Shown here piece by piece: positions 8,498-17,771 of a stretch of DNA of 64,000 bases (position 1 is its first letter; each line of letters opens with the position of its first letter). The translations under genes and the position numbers were made by a program. Source of the DNA: Acidimicrobiia bacterium (GTDB taxonomy: Bacteria > Actinomycetota > Acidimicrobiia > IMCC26256 > JAENVU01). The notes beneath the pieces were generated by a model that was not told where the DNA came from, ran no database searches, and was given only the letters and a program-made list of their open reading frames with translations. The stretch covers positions 16,805 through 80,804 of the forward strand of contig JANLRZ010000206.1 in the NCBI GenBank assembly GCA_031362155.1, in the 5' to 3' direction.

Positions 8498-10702
8498 TCA
8501 CGATCGCGGCGGGTCCCACCGGTCCGCCGGGATCGCCGCCGGCCGCCCACCGACCCCGGCCTGATCGACGATCGAGCTGACCGTCGACACGTCAGTGAGC
8601 ACGTGGTTCTCGCCGAAGGTGAGGTTCTTCGGATACGACACCCCCTTCGCGTCCGTGTACGGACAGATGTTGAAGAAGCGCTCGGTGCTGTAGGGCGTGA
8701 AGTGCACCAACGACTCGTACCCGGCGCTGTAACCGGCGATGTCCTGTTCGAGCGGTGGCTGGAACCAATGATTGTCCTCGAACCGGATATCGCCGTAGGT
8801 CACACACCCGCCGATCTCACTGCCGTAGCGCTGGCCATCCGCAATCGACAACAGGCCCGAGTAGGCCAGCGGGTCGTCGGCGGGCGGCGGCGGCCCGAAG
8901 TCCAAGAACCCGACCGGGTTGTTGATCGACACATTGCCCGCGACCACCACGTGACGGGTTCCGCCGTCGGTATAGAAGGTGTTGGCGCCGGCGGCCGGCC
9001 GCTTGTTCATCGCGAGGTTGTCCCGAATCTGCAGCGCGGTGGCCGGGCCCCGACCTTGGGCGCCGGTCGTATAGATCGCGCCACCGTCCCACATCACGTT
9101 CAGAAAGTCGTCGATGCGGTTGGCTGCGATGACGTTATGGCGGTTCTGACTCGGCGATGTGACCTTGCCCCACATGCCGCTCGTTGCATTGGGCAATCCG
9201 GGGAAGCTCCCCTGGTCCAGGAGCCCCCAGCCCCACCCGATCGAGATCCCCGTCCACGGCACGTCGACGATCGTGTTGTGCGCGACGTTGGTGTACTCCG
9301 AGAAGCCAATGGTGATACCCGCAGTGTCTACGTACTCGCGCCCGAGATGCTCGAGCAGATTGTTCGCGATCGTGTTGTGCGTCGTGAACTGGTCCGGAGT
9401 CTTGGGGTGCGCGTCGGCTTCGGTTACGTCGCCGAGTTGGATGCCGCCCGCCGAAAGATCGGAGAACACATTGTCTTCGATCCGGTTGTGCTGCGCGCCC
9501 GAACCGAACGACACCCCGATCGCACCGAGGTGTTCGAAGACGTTGCCGCGCACGGTGATCCGGTGAGCGCGATCGAACTGCAGGCTCCCAGGGGTCGCGA
9601 CATCGTGTTGGTCGTGGCCGATGATGTTGGTCGGGTGGCCGCGCCCGACCAGGCGGAAGCCGTTCTGGTCATCCACGTACCCATCGGCCGAGCTGGGTTC
9701 CATCCACGTGGCGCCCGTGAAGGTCATACCCTCGAATCGCAGGTCGGTCACGGGTGCCTTCGCGGTTCCCCGGGCGACGATCAGCCCCTCGGAGCGAGCC
9801 AACTCGACGACGGCCGTGCGCATGTCCTCGCCGGGCCGGGGTAGGTAGAAGAGCGATCCCGCGGCACCGTCGAGGTACCACTCGCCCGGCTCGTCGAGAA
9901 ACGACAAGGAGTTCTCGAACCGCTGCACCTGCCAGAAGCTCCAGATCCCGGGCTGGTTGGTCTTGGCCTGACGAAACACGTTGGCGTTGTCCCAGCCCGG
10001 TCGTTGCATGGTGATCAGCCCGACGCCGGTCCCAGGATCGGCCGCCGCGACCGCCGCGACCGGAACGCTGGTCATCTTCCACTGGTCGTACCCGACGGCG
10101 CGAATGGCGCGCGGGTTCGTCCAGGTCGTCGGATCCCGCCAGCCCGCCGGGTTGAGATCGGTCACCTCGTACTGAATCCCGCGTTCGGCCGGATCCTCGG
10201 ACCAGTGCGGCAGGAATGCGACGGGAAATTCCGTGGTCTGCGCGACCGTCGCCCGCCGGCCGTTGACGTAGAGCTGGCGGGATCCCGCGCGTCCGACCGG
10301 CGCCTTCCAGATGCCGAGAGGGCCATCGACCCGCGACCACGACGGGCCGGGGACCGAGGAGGCGCCGGACACCGTCGCGTGCTCTCCGGGCGTGGATCGG
10401 TAGACGACGTCGTGGCCCGGACGGCCCGAGTCACGACCGTCGAAGCGGAGCGGATGATCGACGCGATACGTGCCGCCCCGCAGGTTGACGGTCACATCAC
10501 CGCGACCGCCCGAGCGGGCGACATCGCGGGCACGATCAAGCGTCCGAAACGGCGAATCCTTGCTCCCCGATCCGTCATCGTGACCGTCGGGCGCCACCCA
10601 GATGGTCCGCGCGCCGGTGGCCGAGTCATCCGACGTGCACCCGAGGACACCCACCGTCATGACCGCAACCAGCAGGGGAACGAGCACACCACGTCGAGTC
10701 AT
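8498..10702 (-). CDS. Secreted lipoprotein with right-handed parallel beta-helix repeats
   Basis: ATG 10702 is preceded by a GAGGGGG RBS. Lipobox LLVAVMTVGVLGC|TSDD. The body carries repeated beta-helix turns (NRIEDNVF, HNTIANNLL, HNTIVDVPWTGISIG, NVIAANRI). Confidence 0.8.
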   Translation of the reverse strand: MTRRGVLVPLLVAVMTVGVLGCTSDDSATGARTIWVAPDGHDDGSGSKDSPFRTLDRARDVARSGGRGDVTVNLRGGTYRVDHPLRFDGRDSGRPGHDVVYRSTPGEHATVSGASSVPGPSWSRVDGPLGIWKAPVGRAGSRQLYVNGRRATVAQTTEFPVAFLPHWSEDPAERGIQYEVTDLNPAGWRDPTTWTNPRAIRAVGYDQWKMTSVPVAAVAAADPGTGVGLITMQRPGWDNANVFRQAKTNQPGIWSFWQVQRFENSLSFLDEPGEWYLDGAAGSLFYLPRPGEDMRTAVVELARSEGLIVARGTAKAPVTDLRFEGMTFTGATWMEPSSADGYVDDQNGFRLVGRGHPTNIIGHDQHDVATPGSLQFDRAHRITVRGNVFEHLGAIGVSFGSGAQHNRIEDNVFSDLSAGGIQLGDVTEADAHPKTPDQFTTHNTIANNLLEHLGREYVDTAGITIGFSEYTNVAHNTIVDVPWTGISIGWGWGLLDQGSFPGLPNATSGMWGKVTSPSQNRHNVIAANRIDDFLNVMWDGGAIYTTGAQGRGPATALQIRDNLAMNKRPAAGANTFYTDGGTRHVVVAGNVSINNPVGFLDFGPPPPADDPLAYSGLLSIADGQRYGSEIGGCVTYGDIRFEDNHWFQPPLEQDIAGYSAGYESLVHFTPYSTERFFNICPYTDAKGVSYPKNLTFGENHVLTDVSTVSSIVDQAGVGGRPAAIPADRWDPPRS

Positions 10703-10853
10703 GACACCCCCTCGACCGACCACTGGTCCGGCTGAACCCTGATTCCCAGGACTCAGCGAGGGTGAGGGGGTCTTGTTCCCGAACGATTAACGGTGTAAAG
10801 TTGCCCAACGTGTTCGGACACTCTTGGGGGGAAACGTTGTGATTGGTCGATTG

Positions 10854-11618
10854 ATGAAGTTTGTGGTGACGGGAGCGCTCGTGGGCTCGCCGCTCCTCGT
10901 GATCGGCGGCCAGCCTGCCGGCGCGGAGACCGTGGCCGTGTCCTGTACCGGGATCCGTTCGATCATCACCCTGAACCCGGCGACGGGGTCCGGCGATGCC
11001 AAGTACACCAAGTGGTCGACGAAGGATTCGGACGGCACCAAGCTCAGTCTGCTCGGATCTCCGATTCCGGCCGACACGCAGGCCTGCACCATCGACGCCG
11101 GGATCAGCACGAATCAGCCCGGTCAGGACGTCAAGTATCTCCTCGACGACCAGACGAACGGCGCGGCCAACCTGACCACGAGCGGCGCGCTGGCCAAGAG
11201 CGTGCTGAGCGTGATCGGCAGTGGCACGTGTCGGGCCGGCGACCCGCTGTTGAGCACCACCTACCCGGCGGCCTACCCATTGCAGGGCAAGGTCATCACC
11301 AAGTTCGACCAGACGAACGCGAGCCTCGTGCAGATCCAGATGCAGTCCTACATCCGACTGGGTTCGGACCCACTCGACACCGACGGTGACGTGACCGTCA
11401 CCGGCCTCGTCATCAAGGGCCCGGCACTTGGCGGAGCCGTCAAGGCCACGTTGGCGCTCTTCCCGACCAACAGCGCGAAGAACCTGAACCCGGTCGACTG
11501 CATCGTTGCCAGCGGTTCGTCGGCCGGCAACGCGGCGATCGCCGAGATGTCACTCCTCCAGTCCGACGGCTCCGACGCCGGGACCGGCATCGACCCGTGG
11601 ACAGTCACCATCCCGTAG
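10854..11618 (+). CDS. Secreted hypothetical protein
   Basis: Signal peptide MKFVVTGALVGSPLLVIGGQPAGA|ET. No domain recognised. Start could also be GTG 10839 (G-rich RBS at 10826-10835). Confidence 0.6.
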   Translation: MKFVVTGALVGSPLLVIGGQPAGAETVAVSCTGIRSIITLNPATGSGDAKYTKWSTKDSDGTKLSLLGSPIPADTQACTIDAGISTNQPGQDVKYLLDDQTNGAANLTTSGALAKSVLSVIGSGTCRAGDPLLSTTYPAAYPLQGKVITKFDQTNASLVQIQMQSYIRLGSDPLDTDGDVTVTGLVIKGPALGGAVKATLALFPTNSAKNLNPVDCIVASGSSAGNAAIAEMSLLQSDGSDAGTGIDPWTVTIP

Positions 11619-11685
11619 CACTGAGTCGCGGTGCCACCGTCGGAGATGGCGGTGGCTCCGCGCTCGCCCTTTCGGGCGCACCTGC

Positions 11686-12168
11686 TCAGGCGTAGATCAT
11701 CCGGGTGACCCATTCGGCCACCAGCGCCGGCTTGTCCTCGCCTTCGATCTCGACCGTGAAGTTCCGCGTCGTCTCGATGGCGCTGCCCTTCAACTCGACG
11801 TTCGCCGTCACCGCGCGAGCCCGAATGCGTGAGCCGACCTTGACCGGGCTCACGAATCGCACCCGGTTGAAGCCGTAGTTGATCCCCATGAGGAGACCCT
11901 CGTATCGCGAGGGATCCGAGGGGGCGCTGCTGGCACCGTGCGCAAGATGCGTGAGCATCGAGAGGGTCAGGAACCCATGCGCAATCGTCGTGCCGAACGG
12001 CGTGTTCTTCGCCGCCTCGGGATCGACGTGGATGAACTGGTGATCCTGGGTCACGTCGGCGAACTGGTCGATCTGGTCCTGGGTGACCTGGAACCATTCC
12101 CCGGTCCCTTCGTCGTTGCCGACGTCGGTGAGGAATTTCTGATAGGCGCTGGCGGCTGCTTCACTCAT
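11686..12168 (-). CDS. MaoC-like (R)-specific enoyl-CoA hydratase / hotdog-fold dehydratase
   Basis: ATG 12168 (aa 77 of the ORF-track call). DHQFIHVDPEAA...TIAHGF hydratase motif. 160 aa. Confidence 0.85.
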   Translation of the reverse strand: MSEAAASAYQKFLTDVGNDEGTGEWFQVTQDQIDQFADVTQDHQFIHVDPEAAKNTPFGTTIAHGFLTLSMLTHLAHGASSAPSDPSRYEGLLMGINYGFNRVRFVSPVKVGSRIRARAVTANVELKGSAIETTRNFTVEIEGEDKPALVAEWVTRMIYA

Positions 12169-12284
12169 GAACGGGACCCTAGAGGCTCTCCGAACGGTCA
12201 TGTTCGGCCGCGCCCCGCTGATTTCACACCGACTGCAACAACCTGGTTCACTGCCCGAGACCGACTGCGACGCCGGAGGGGCCA

Positions 12285-14090
12285 ATGACGACCATCGACA
12301 CCGCGGCCTTGCGAGCAAAGTACGCCGAGGAGCGGGACAAGCGGATTCGCCCGGACGGCAAAGCGCAATACGTGCAACCAACGGGTCGCTTCGCACCCCT
12401 GCTCGAAGATCCGTACACGCCGCGAGTCGAGCGGGAGTCGGTCCACGACGACGTCACCGTCGCCATCATCGGCGGCGGTTTCGGCGGGGTGTGCACCGGG
12501 GCGCAGTTGAAGATCGCCGGCGTCGACGACCTCCGCATCGTCGAAGGTGGCGGCGATGTCGGCGGGGCCTGGTACTGGAACCGTTACCCCGGCGCCATGT
12601 GCGACACGGCCGCGATGATCTACCTGCCGATGCTCGAAGAGACCGGCTACCGGCCGACGATGAAGTACGTGCCGGCAACTGAGATCCATGCGCACGTCCA
12701 ACGCATCGCCACCCAGTACGGCCTCTACGACAACGCGCTCTTCTCCACCGAAGTGACCGAACTCGTCTGGGACGACACCGTCGCCCGCTGGATCATCCGC
12801 ACCGATCGCGGTGACGAGTTCCGAGCCCGGTTCGTGGCGATGGGTACCGGCCCGCTCCACCGCCCGAAGCTCCCGGGGATCCCCGGCATCGAATCGTTCG
12901 CGGGTCCCGCGTTCCACACCTCGCGCTGGGACTACGGCATCACCGGTGGCGGCCCCGACGCACCCATGACGAACCTCGCCGACCAGCGCGTCGGGATCAT
13001 CGGCACCGGCGCGACGGCGGTGCAGTGCATCCCTCCGTTGGGTCGCGACGCGAAGGAACTGTTCGTGTTCCAACGCACGCCGTCATCGATCGACGTTCGG
13101 GCCAACCACGAGATCGACCCCGAGTGGTTCGCCACGCTGCAACCCGGCTGGCAGCACGAGTGGCTGATCAACTTCGCGACCCTCCAGACCGGGGGCTTCG
13201 CCGACGAGGATCTCGTGAAGGACGGCTGGACCGACATCGCGCAGCGCATCCGCGACCGGGTGATCGCCGACATCGCCAACGCGACGGTCGACCAGCCGTT
13301 CGACGCCGATGCGTTCCAGCGCGCTTACCACGACAGCGACGACGAGAAGATGACCGAGATCCGGGCTCGGGTCGACGCGATCGTCGAAGACTCCGCGACC
13401 GCCGAGGCGCTCAAGCCCTGGTACCGCCAGCTGTGCAAACGGCCGTGCTTCCACGACGAGTACCTGCAGGCGTACAACCGGCCGAACGTGCACCTCGTCG
13501 ACACCGACGGTCAGGGGGTCACGCGCATCGACGCAACCGGCGTGTGGGTCGGCGACGCGCACTACGAGCTCGATCTCTTGATCTTCGCCTCGGGCTTCGA
13601 GGTGGGCACGGAGTACGCGCGCCGGTCCGGCTACGAGACGGTCGGGCGCGACGGGCTCACCCTCACCCAGCGGTGGGCCAACGGCACCGAGACCCTGCAC
13701 GGCATCCACATCCGCAACTTCCCCAACCTGTTCATCATCGGCATCTCCCAGGCCGCCAACCTGATCTCGAACATCACCTCGAACCTGGTCGACAGCGGCC
13801 GCACGATCGCGACCGTGGTCCGCCACGCGATCGACGTCGATGCCGACGAGGTCGAGGTCACCGAGGCTGCGGAGCAGGCGTGGGTCCACATGTTGGAGGA
13901 CAACCCCCGGTCGTTCGGCGGCGACCCCACCTGCACGCCGGGCTATTACAACAACGAGGGCCACGAGATCGGCCGCAAGGACTGGCTCGGCGGGAGCGGC
14001 TACCCCGAGGGGCCAGTGGCCTACTTCGCCTTTATCGACCGTTGGCGGAACTCGGGCGAATTCGCGGGTGTGGAGTTCACGACTCGTTGA
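12285..14090 (+). CDS. Baeyer-Villiger (flavin-containing) monooxygenase
   Basis: FAD Rossmann IIGGGFGG, GGAWYWNRYPG, BVMO fingerprint FAGPAFHTSRWD (FxGxxxHxxxW[P/D]) and a second Rossmann IIGTGATA. Confidence 0.95.
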   Translation: MTTIDTAALRAKYAEERDKRIRPDGKAQYVQPTGRFAPLLEDPYTPRVERESVHDDVTVAIIGGGFGGVCTGAQLKIAGVDDLRIVEGGGDVGGAWYWNRYPGAMCDTAAMIYLPMLEETGYRPTMKYVPATEIHAHVQRIATQYGLYDNALFSTEVTELVWDDTVARWIIRTDRGDEFRARFVAMGTGPLHRPKLPGIPGIESFAGPAFHTSRWDYGITGGGPDAPMTNLADQRVGIIGTGATAVQCIPPLGRDAKELFVFQRTPSSIDVRANHEIDPEWFATLQPGWQHEWLINFATLQTGGFADEDLVKDGWTDIAQRIRDRVIADIANATVDQPFDADAFQRAYHDSDDEKMTEIRARVDAIVEDSATAEALKPWYRQLCKRPCFHDEYLQAYNRPNVHLVDTDGQGVTRIDATGVWVGDAHYELDLLIFASGFEVGTEYARRSGYETVGRDGLTLTQRWANGTETLHGIHIRNFPNLFIIGISQAANLISNITSNLVDSGRTIATVVRHAIDVDADEVEVTEAAEQAWVHMLEDNPRSFGGDPTCTPGYYNNEGHEIGRKDWLGGSGYPEGPVAYFAFIDRWRNSGEFAGVEFTTR

Positions 14091-14109
14091 TGACGCGGGA
14101 AGCGACGAG

Positions 14110-14535
14110 TCAGCTCCCCGACACCTCGAGCGTCATCCGAGCCGGTTCCCAGTACGCGCGGAGCGCGACGATCCGACCGTCGTCGTCGACCCGGTACGTG
14201 TAAACACCCTCGACGATCGCGCGCGTGCCGTCGGGAAGCGTCGTCGTGATCCGGCCGACGTTCGCGCACTCGTTCCCCGCCGCGTACGACTCGCGGATCG
14301 AGAACGCCACCCGACCGGACGCGACCACGGTGTCGTAGAAGGCCGCGATCGCCTCGGCGCCGCGGTGGCCCTGGCCCGTTGGGTCGAACCCTGACGGACC
14401 GATCGGGTCCTCGACGCACGCCTCGGGCGCGAACAACGCGAGCCACCCGGCCCGATCGCCCGCCTCCACTGCTCGCATCGAGGCGAACGCGGTGTCGCGG
14501 GCGAGGTGAGACTCGTAACTCTCGGTCTGATCCAC
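14110..14535 (-). CDS. SnoaL/NTF2-like (ketosteroid-isomerase-like) protein
   Basis: 141-aa ORF. Assignment rests on the overall NTF2-like pattern only (FAPEACVEDPIG..., GAEAIAAFYD...). Confidence 0.65.
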   Translation of the reverse strand: MDQTESYESHLARDTAFASMRAVEAGDRAGWLALFAPEACVEDPIGPSGFDPTGQGHRGAEAIAAFYDTVVASGRVAFSIRESYAAGNECANVGRITTTLPDGTRAIVEGVYTYRVDDDGRIVALRAYWEPARMTLEVSGS

Positions 14536-14608
14536 CCCTCGACTCTAGGACTCGATCGCGCGCCGCGTTCGACGGCGGGGTCGACGCCGCGCCTCTACGC
14601 TGCCGACC

Positions 14609-15595
14609 ATGTTCATGCTCCGGTTCGACATGCGGGCACCGGTCAACGGCCCGGCCGCCATCGACGACCTGTACCAATCCGCCATCGAGATGTCCGAGTG
14701 GGGTGAAGCGAACGGCGCGGTCTCGATCGTATTGTCGGAACATCACGGTTCACCGGATGGCTACCTCCCCTCTCCGATGGTCCTCGCCGCCGCAATCGCC
14801 GCGCGCACGACGTCGGTCCCCATCACCGTCGCCGCACTCCTCCTCCCGCTCCACGACCCGGTGCGGATCGCGGAAGACATGGCGGTCCTCGACATCCTCA
14901 GCCGCGGTCGCGTCCTCTATGTCCTCGGGCTCGGCTACCGGCCCGAGGAATACGCGATGTTCGGGCAGTCGCTCGCGGCGCGCGGACGGCGCATGGAGGA
15001 GTGCATCGAGGTACTCCAGCGAGCGAAGTCCGGGGAGACGTTCGAGTACGCCGGACGCACCGTCCGTGTGACCCCTCCGCCCTTCACGCCCGGCGGTCCG
15101 ATGCTCATGTACGGCGGAGGGAGCACCGCCGCCGCCCGGCGCGCGGCACGGCTGGGCATGTCGTTCTTCGCGCAGACCGGTGAGGGCGATCTCGAAGCGA
15201 CCTACCTCGCCGAGTGCGCGGCCCACGGGCGCGAGCCGGGAATGTGCATGATTCCGGCGCCCGGATCGGCCACCACCATGTTCGTGACCGAGGACGTCGA
15301 TCGCGGTTGGGACCAACTTGGCCCGTTCATGCTCCACGACGCTCAGATGTACGCGTCGTGGCTCCTCGACTCCGTGGCGGCCAGCAAGTCGACCGCACCC
15401 ACCATCGACGCGCTCCGCGCCGAACACGGCGCGTACCGAATCGTCACTCCCGATGAGGCGATCGCGTACGCACGCGACCACGGCACACTCCCCCTGCATC
15501 CGTTGTGCGGCGGATGCCCGCCGCACCTGGCGTGGGAGACCCTCAACCTCGTTGCCGATCGGGTGTTGCCCGCACTGTCGGGACCCACAGGCTGA
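14609..15595 (+). CDS. LLM-class (luciferase-like) flavin-dependent oxidoreductase
   Basis: 328 aa with a typical LLM pattern (SIVLSEHHGSPDGYLPSP, RVLYVLGLGYRPEEY). Confidence 0.8.
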   Translation: MFMLRFDMRAPVNGPAAIDDLYQSAIEMSEWGEANGAVSIVLSEHHGSPDGYLPSPMVLAAAIAARTTSVPITVAALLLPLHDPVRIAEDMAVLDILSRGRVLYVLGLGYRPEEYAMFGQSLAARGRRMEECIEVLQRAKSGETFEYAGRTVRVTPPPFTPGGPMLMYGGGSTAAARRAARLGMSFFAQTGEGDLEATYLAECAAHGREPGMCMIPAPGSATTMFVTEDVDRGWDQLGPFMLHDAQMYASWLLDSVAASKSTAPTIDALRAEHGAYRIVTPDEAIAYARDHGTLPLHPLCGGCPPHLAWETLNLVADRVLPALSGPTG

Positions 15596-15598
15596 GCA

Positions 15599-16177
15599 TC
15601 AGCGGTGAGGGTTGCACGCGGCGCGTTCGGCCGCGTTGCCTTGGCCGTAGGGGTCGATGCCACTCCGCTCGCCGGTGAGCACCCAACTGTTGTGCGCTTC
15701 ATTCATGTAGACGAACGGTGCCGGACACGCAATGCGGATGATGCGCATCCCTTCGCACATCCCGGGCTGGTTGACACACGTGAAGCCGAGGTGGCCGAGC
15801 GCGATCCCGTCGGCACACGTCGAGTCGAAGCCGGGCGCCTGGTTGGCGACGAGGTACGCCAACGCATCGGCACACGTCGTCGACCACGCCGGCGGTGTTG
15901 GCGGTGATGGTTGTGGTCGCGGTGTCGAGTCCGCGCTCGGCGGCGGGTCCGCCGTCGGCGGCGTCGGTGGCGGTTCTGCGGTCGCGATCGCGATCGTGAC
16001 CGACCGCGTCGGCGGCGGCGTTTTCACGACCCGCGCGCCCAGCACCTCGACCGGTGTCGGGTCGCGACGATCGGTCAGCGCGGTCGGCTGCCCGCTCCCC
16101 GCGGCAGTCGCGGCCACGAGCAGGATCACCGGAGCAGCCAGTCCACCGAGCGCGCGCTGAGTTGGCGTCCACACCAC
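15599..16177 (-). CDS. Secreted/anchored protein with a Pro-rich linker and a Cys-rich C-terminal domain
   Basis: N-terminal hydrophobic segment LGGLAAPVILLVAATAAGSG, a PT/PS-rich linker, and a ~95-aa C-terminal domain with 6 Cys. No family recognised. Confidence 0.5.
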   Translation of the reverse strand: MVWTPTQRALGGLAAPVILLVAATAAGSGQPTALTDRRDPTPVEVLGARVVKTPPPTRSVTIAIATAEPPPTPPTADPPPSADSTPRPQPSPPTPPAWSTTCADALAYLVANQAPGFDSTCADGIALGHLGFTCVNQPGMCEGMRIIRIACPAPFVYMNEAHNSWVLTGERSGIDPYGQGNAAERAACNPHR

Positions 16178-16237
16178 GCCGGCAGTTTCGTACGGCCCGA
16201 TTGGTAACGAAAGGGTTGAACTACCTATTTCGCCCGT

Positions 16238-17662
16238 TCAGGCGCCGTAGCCCATGATCGCCTTGGTCTCAAGGTATTCCTCGAAGCCGAGCGCACCCCA
16301 CTCGCGACCGTTGCCCGACTGGCGGTAGCCACCGAACGGCGCGTTGAAGTCGGGCCCGGCACCGTTGACGTGCACATTGCCGCTACGGATCCGGCGCGCC
16401 ATCGCCTTGGCCCGGTCGGGTGAACCCGAGATGTAGCCCGACAGCCCGTACACGGTGTCGTTGGCGATGCGCACCGCGTCATCGTCGTCCTCGTATCCGA
16501 TCATCACGAGCACCGGACCGAAGATCTCCTGCTGGGCGATCGTCATGTCGTTGGTGACGTGCGAGAACACCGTCGGCTGCACGTAGTACCCCGTGTCGAG
16601 CCCGGCGGGCTTCCCGGCCCCGCCGACTTCAACCTTCGCGCCTTCGCCGATCCCCTTCTCGATGAGCTGTTGGATCCGCCCGTACTGGGTCTCGGACACG
16701 ACGGGCCCGATGGTGATGCCGTCGGCACGCGGGTCGCCGACCACGACGTTCTTCGCGGCCTCCGCCGCGATCGCGGCGGCTTCATCCATCCGCGCCGCGG
16801 GAACGAGCATGCGAGTAGGTGCGTTGCACGACTGACCCGAGTTGTTGCACATCCCGGCGACATCGCGTGCGATTACTTCGGCGAAGTCGGCGTCGTCGAG
16901 GATGATGTTGGCCGACTTGCCGCCGAGTTCCTGCGCCACGCGCTTCACCGACGGCGCGGCGGCCCGAGCGACCTCGACGCCGGCGCGAGTCGAACCCGTG
17001 AACGACACCATGTCGACATCGGGGTGGGACGCAAGCGGGGCGCCGACGTTGATGCCGTCGCCGTTCACCAGGTTGAACACCCCGGCCGGGACACCAGCAG
17101 TGTCGAGGATCTCCGCGAACAGGATCGCGTTCAGCGGCGCCACCTCGGACGGCTTGAGCACCATCGTGCAGCCGGCCGCGATCGCCGGACCGACCTTGCA
17201 GGCGATCTGGTTCAGCGGCCAGTTCCAGGGTGTGATCATCCCGCAGACGCCGATCGGCTCCCGCGCGATGAGGGTCGTGCCCAACATGGATTCGAACTCG
17301 AAATCGGCCAACACCGCACGGGCGGTCGCCAGGTGGCCAAGGCCGGCAGCCGACTGGGCGATCTGGGCCAGCCACAGCGGTGCGCCGACTTCTTGGCTCA
17401 GAATGTCGGAGAGCTCTTCCATGCGGCCGGCGTACACGCCGATGATGCTGTCGAGCAGCGCAAGGCGCTCGTCTTTGCTGGTGAGGGAGAACGTCTCGAA
17501 CGCGGCCTTCGCCGCGGCCACTGCCGCGTCGACGTCGTCCGGGCCACCCATCGCGATCGATTCGATCGGCTGTTCCGTCGCCGGGTTGATCACCGCGAGC
17601 GTCTCGCGGGTGAGCGGCGCGACCCATTGGCCGTTGATGTAGAACTGCTGGGCGTGTTCCAT
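16238..17662 (-). CDS. NAD(P)-dependent aldehyde dehydrogenase
   Basis: FTGSTRAGVEV, ELGGKSANII, and the catalytic-Cys region NSGQSCNAPTR. 474 aa. Confidence 0.95.
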   Translation of the reverse strand: MEHAQQFYINGQWVAPLTRETLAVINPATEQPIESIAMGGPDDVDAAVAAAKAAFETFSLTSKDERLALLDSIIGVYAGRMEELSDILSQEVGAPLWLAQIAQSAAGLGHLATARAVLADFEFESMLGTTLIAREPIGVCGMITPWNWPLNQIACKVGPAIAAGCTMVLKPSEVAPLNAILFAEILDTAGVPAGVFNLVNGDGINVGAPLASHPDVDMVSFTGSTRAGVEVARAAAPSVKRVAQELGGKSANIILDDADFAEVIARDVAGMCNNSGQSCNAPTRMLVPAARMDEAAAIAAEAAKNVVVGDPRADGITIGPVVSETQYGRIQQLIEKGIGEGAKVEVGGAGKPAGLDTGYYVQPTVFSHVTNDMTIAQQEIFGPVLVMIGYEDDDDAVRIANDTVYGLSGYISGSPDRAKAMARRIRSGNVHVNGAGPDFNAPFGGYRQSGNGREWGALGFEEYLETKAIMGYGA

Positions 17663-17771
17663 GGGGGAGTCTCCTCGTTGGCCCGACGGAGCCGGGAATC
17701 GATCAAACGGCCGACCCGGGCACGTTAGAGGCTACGAGCGAAACCTGCCGCACGCCGTAGCCTGCGCCGCC

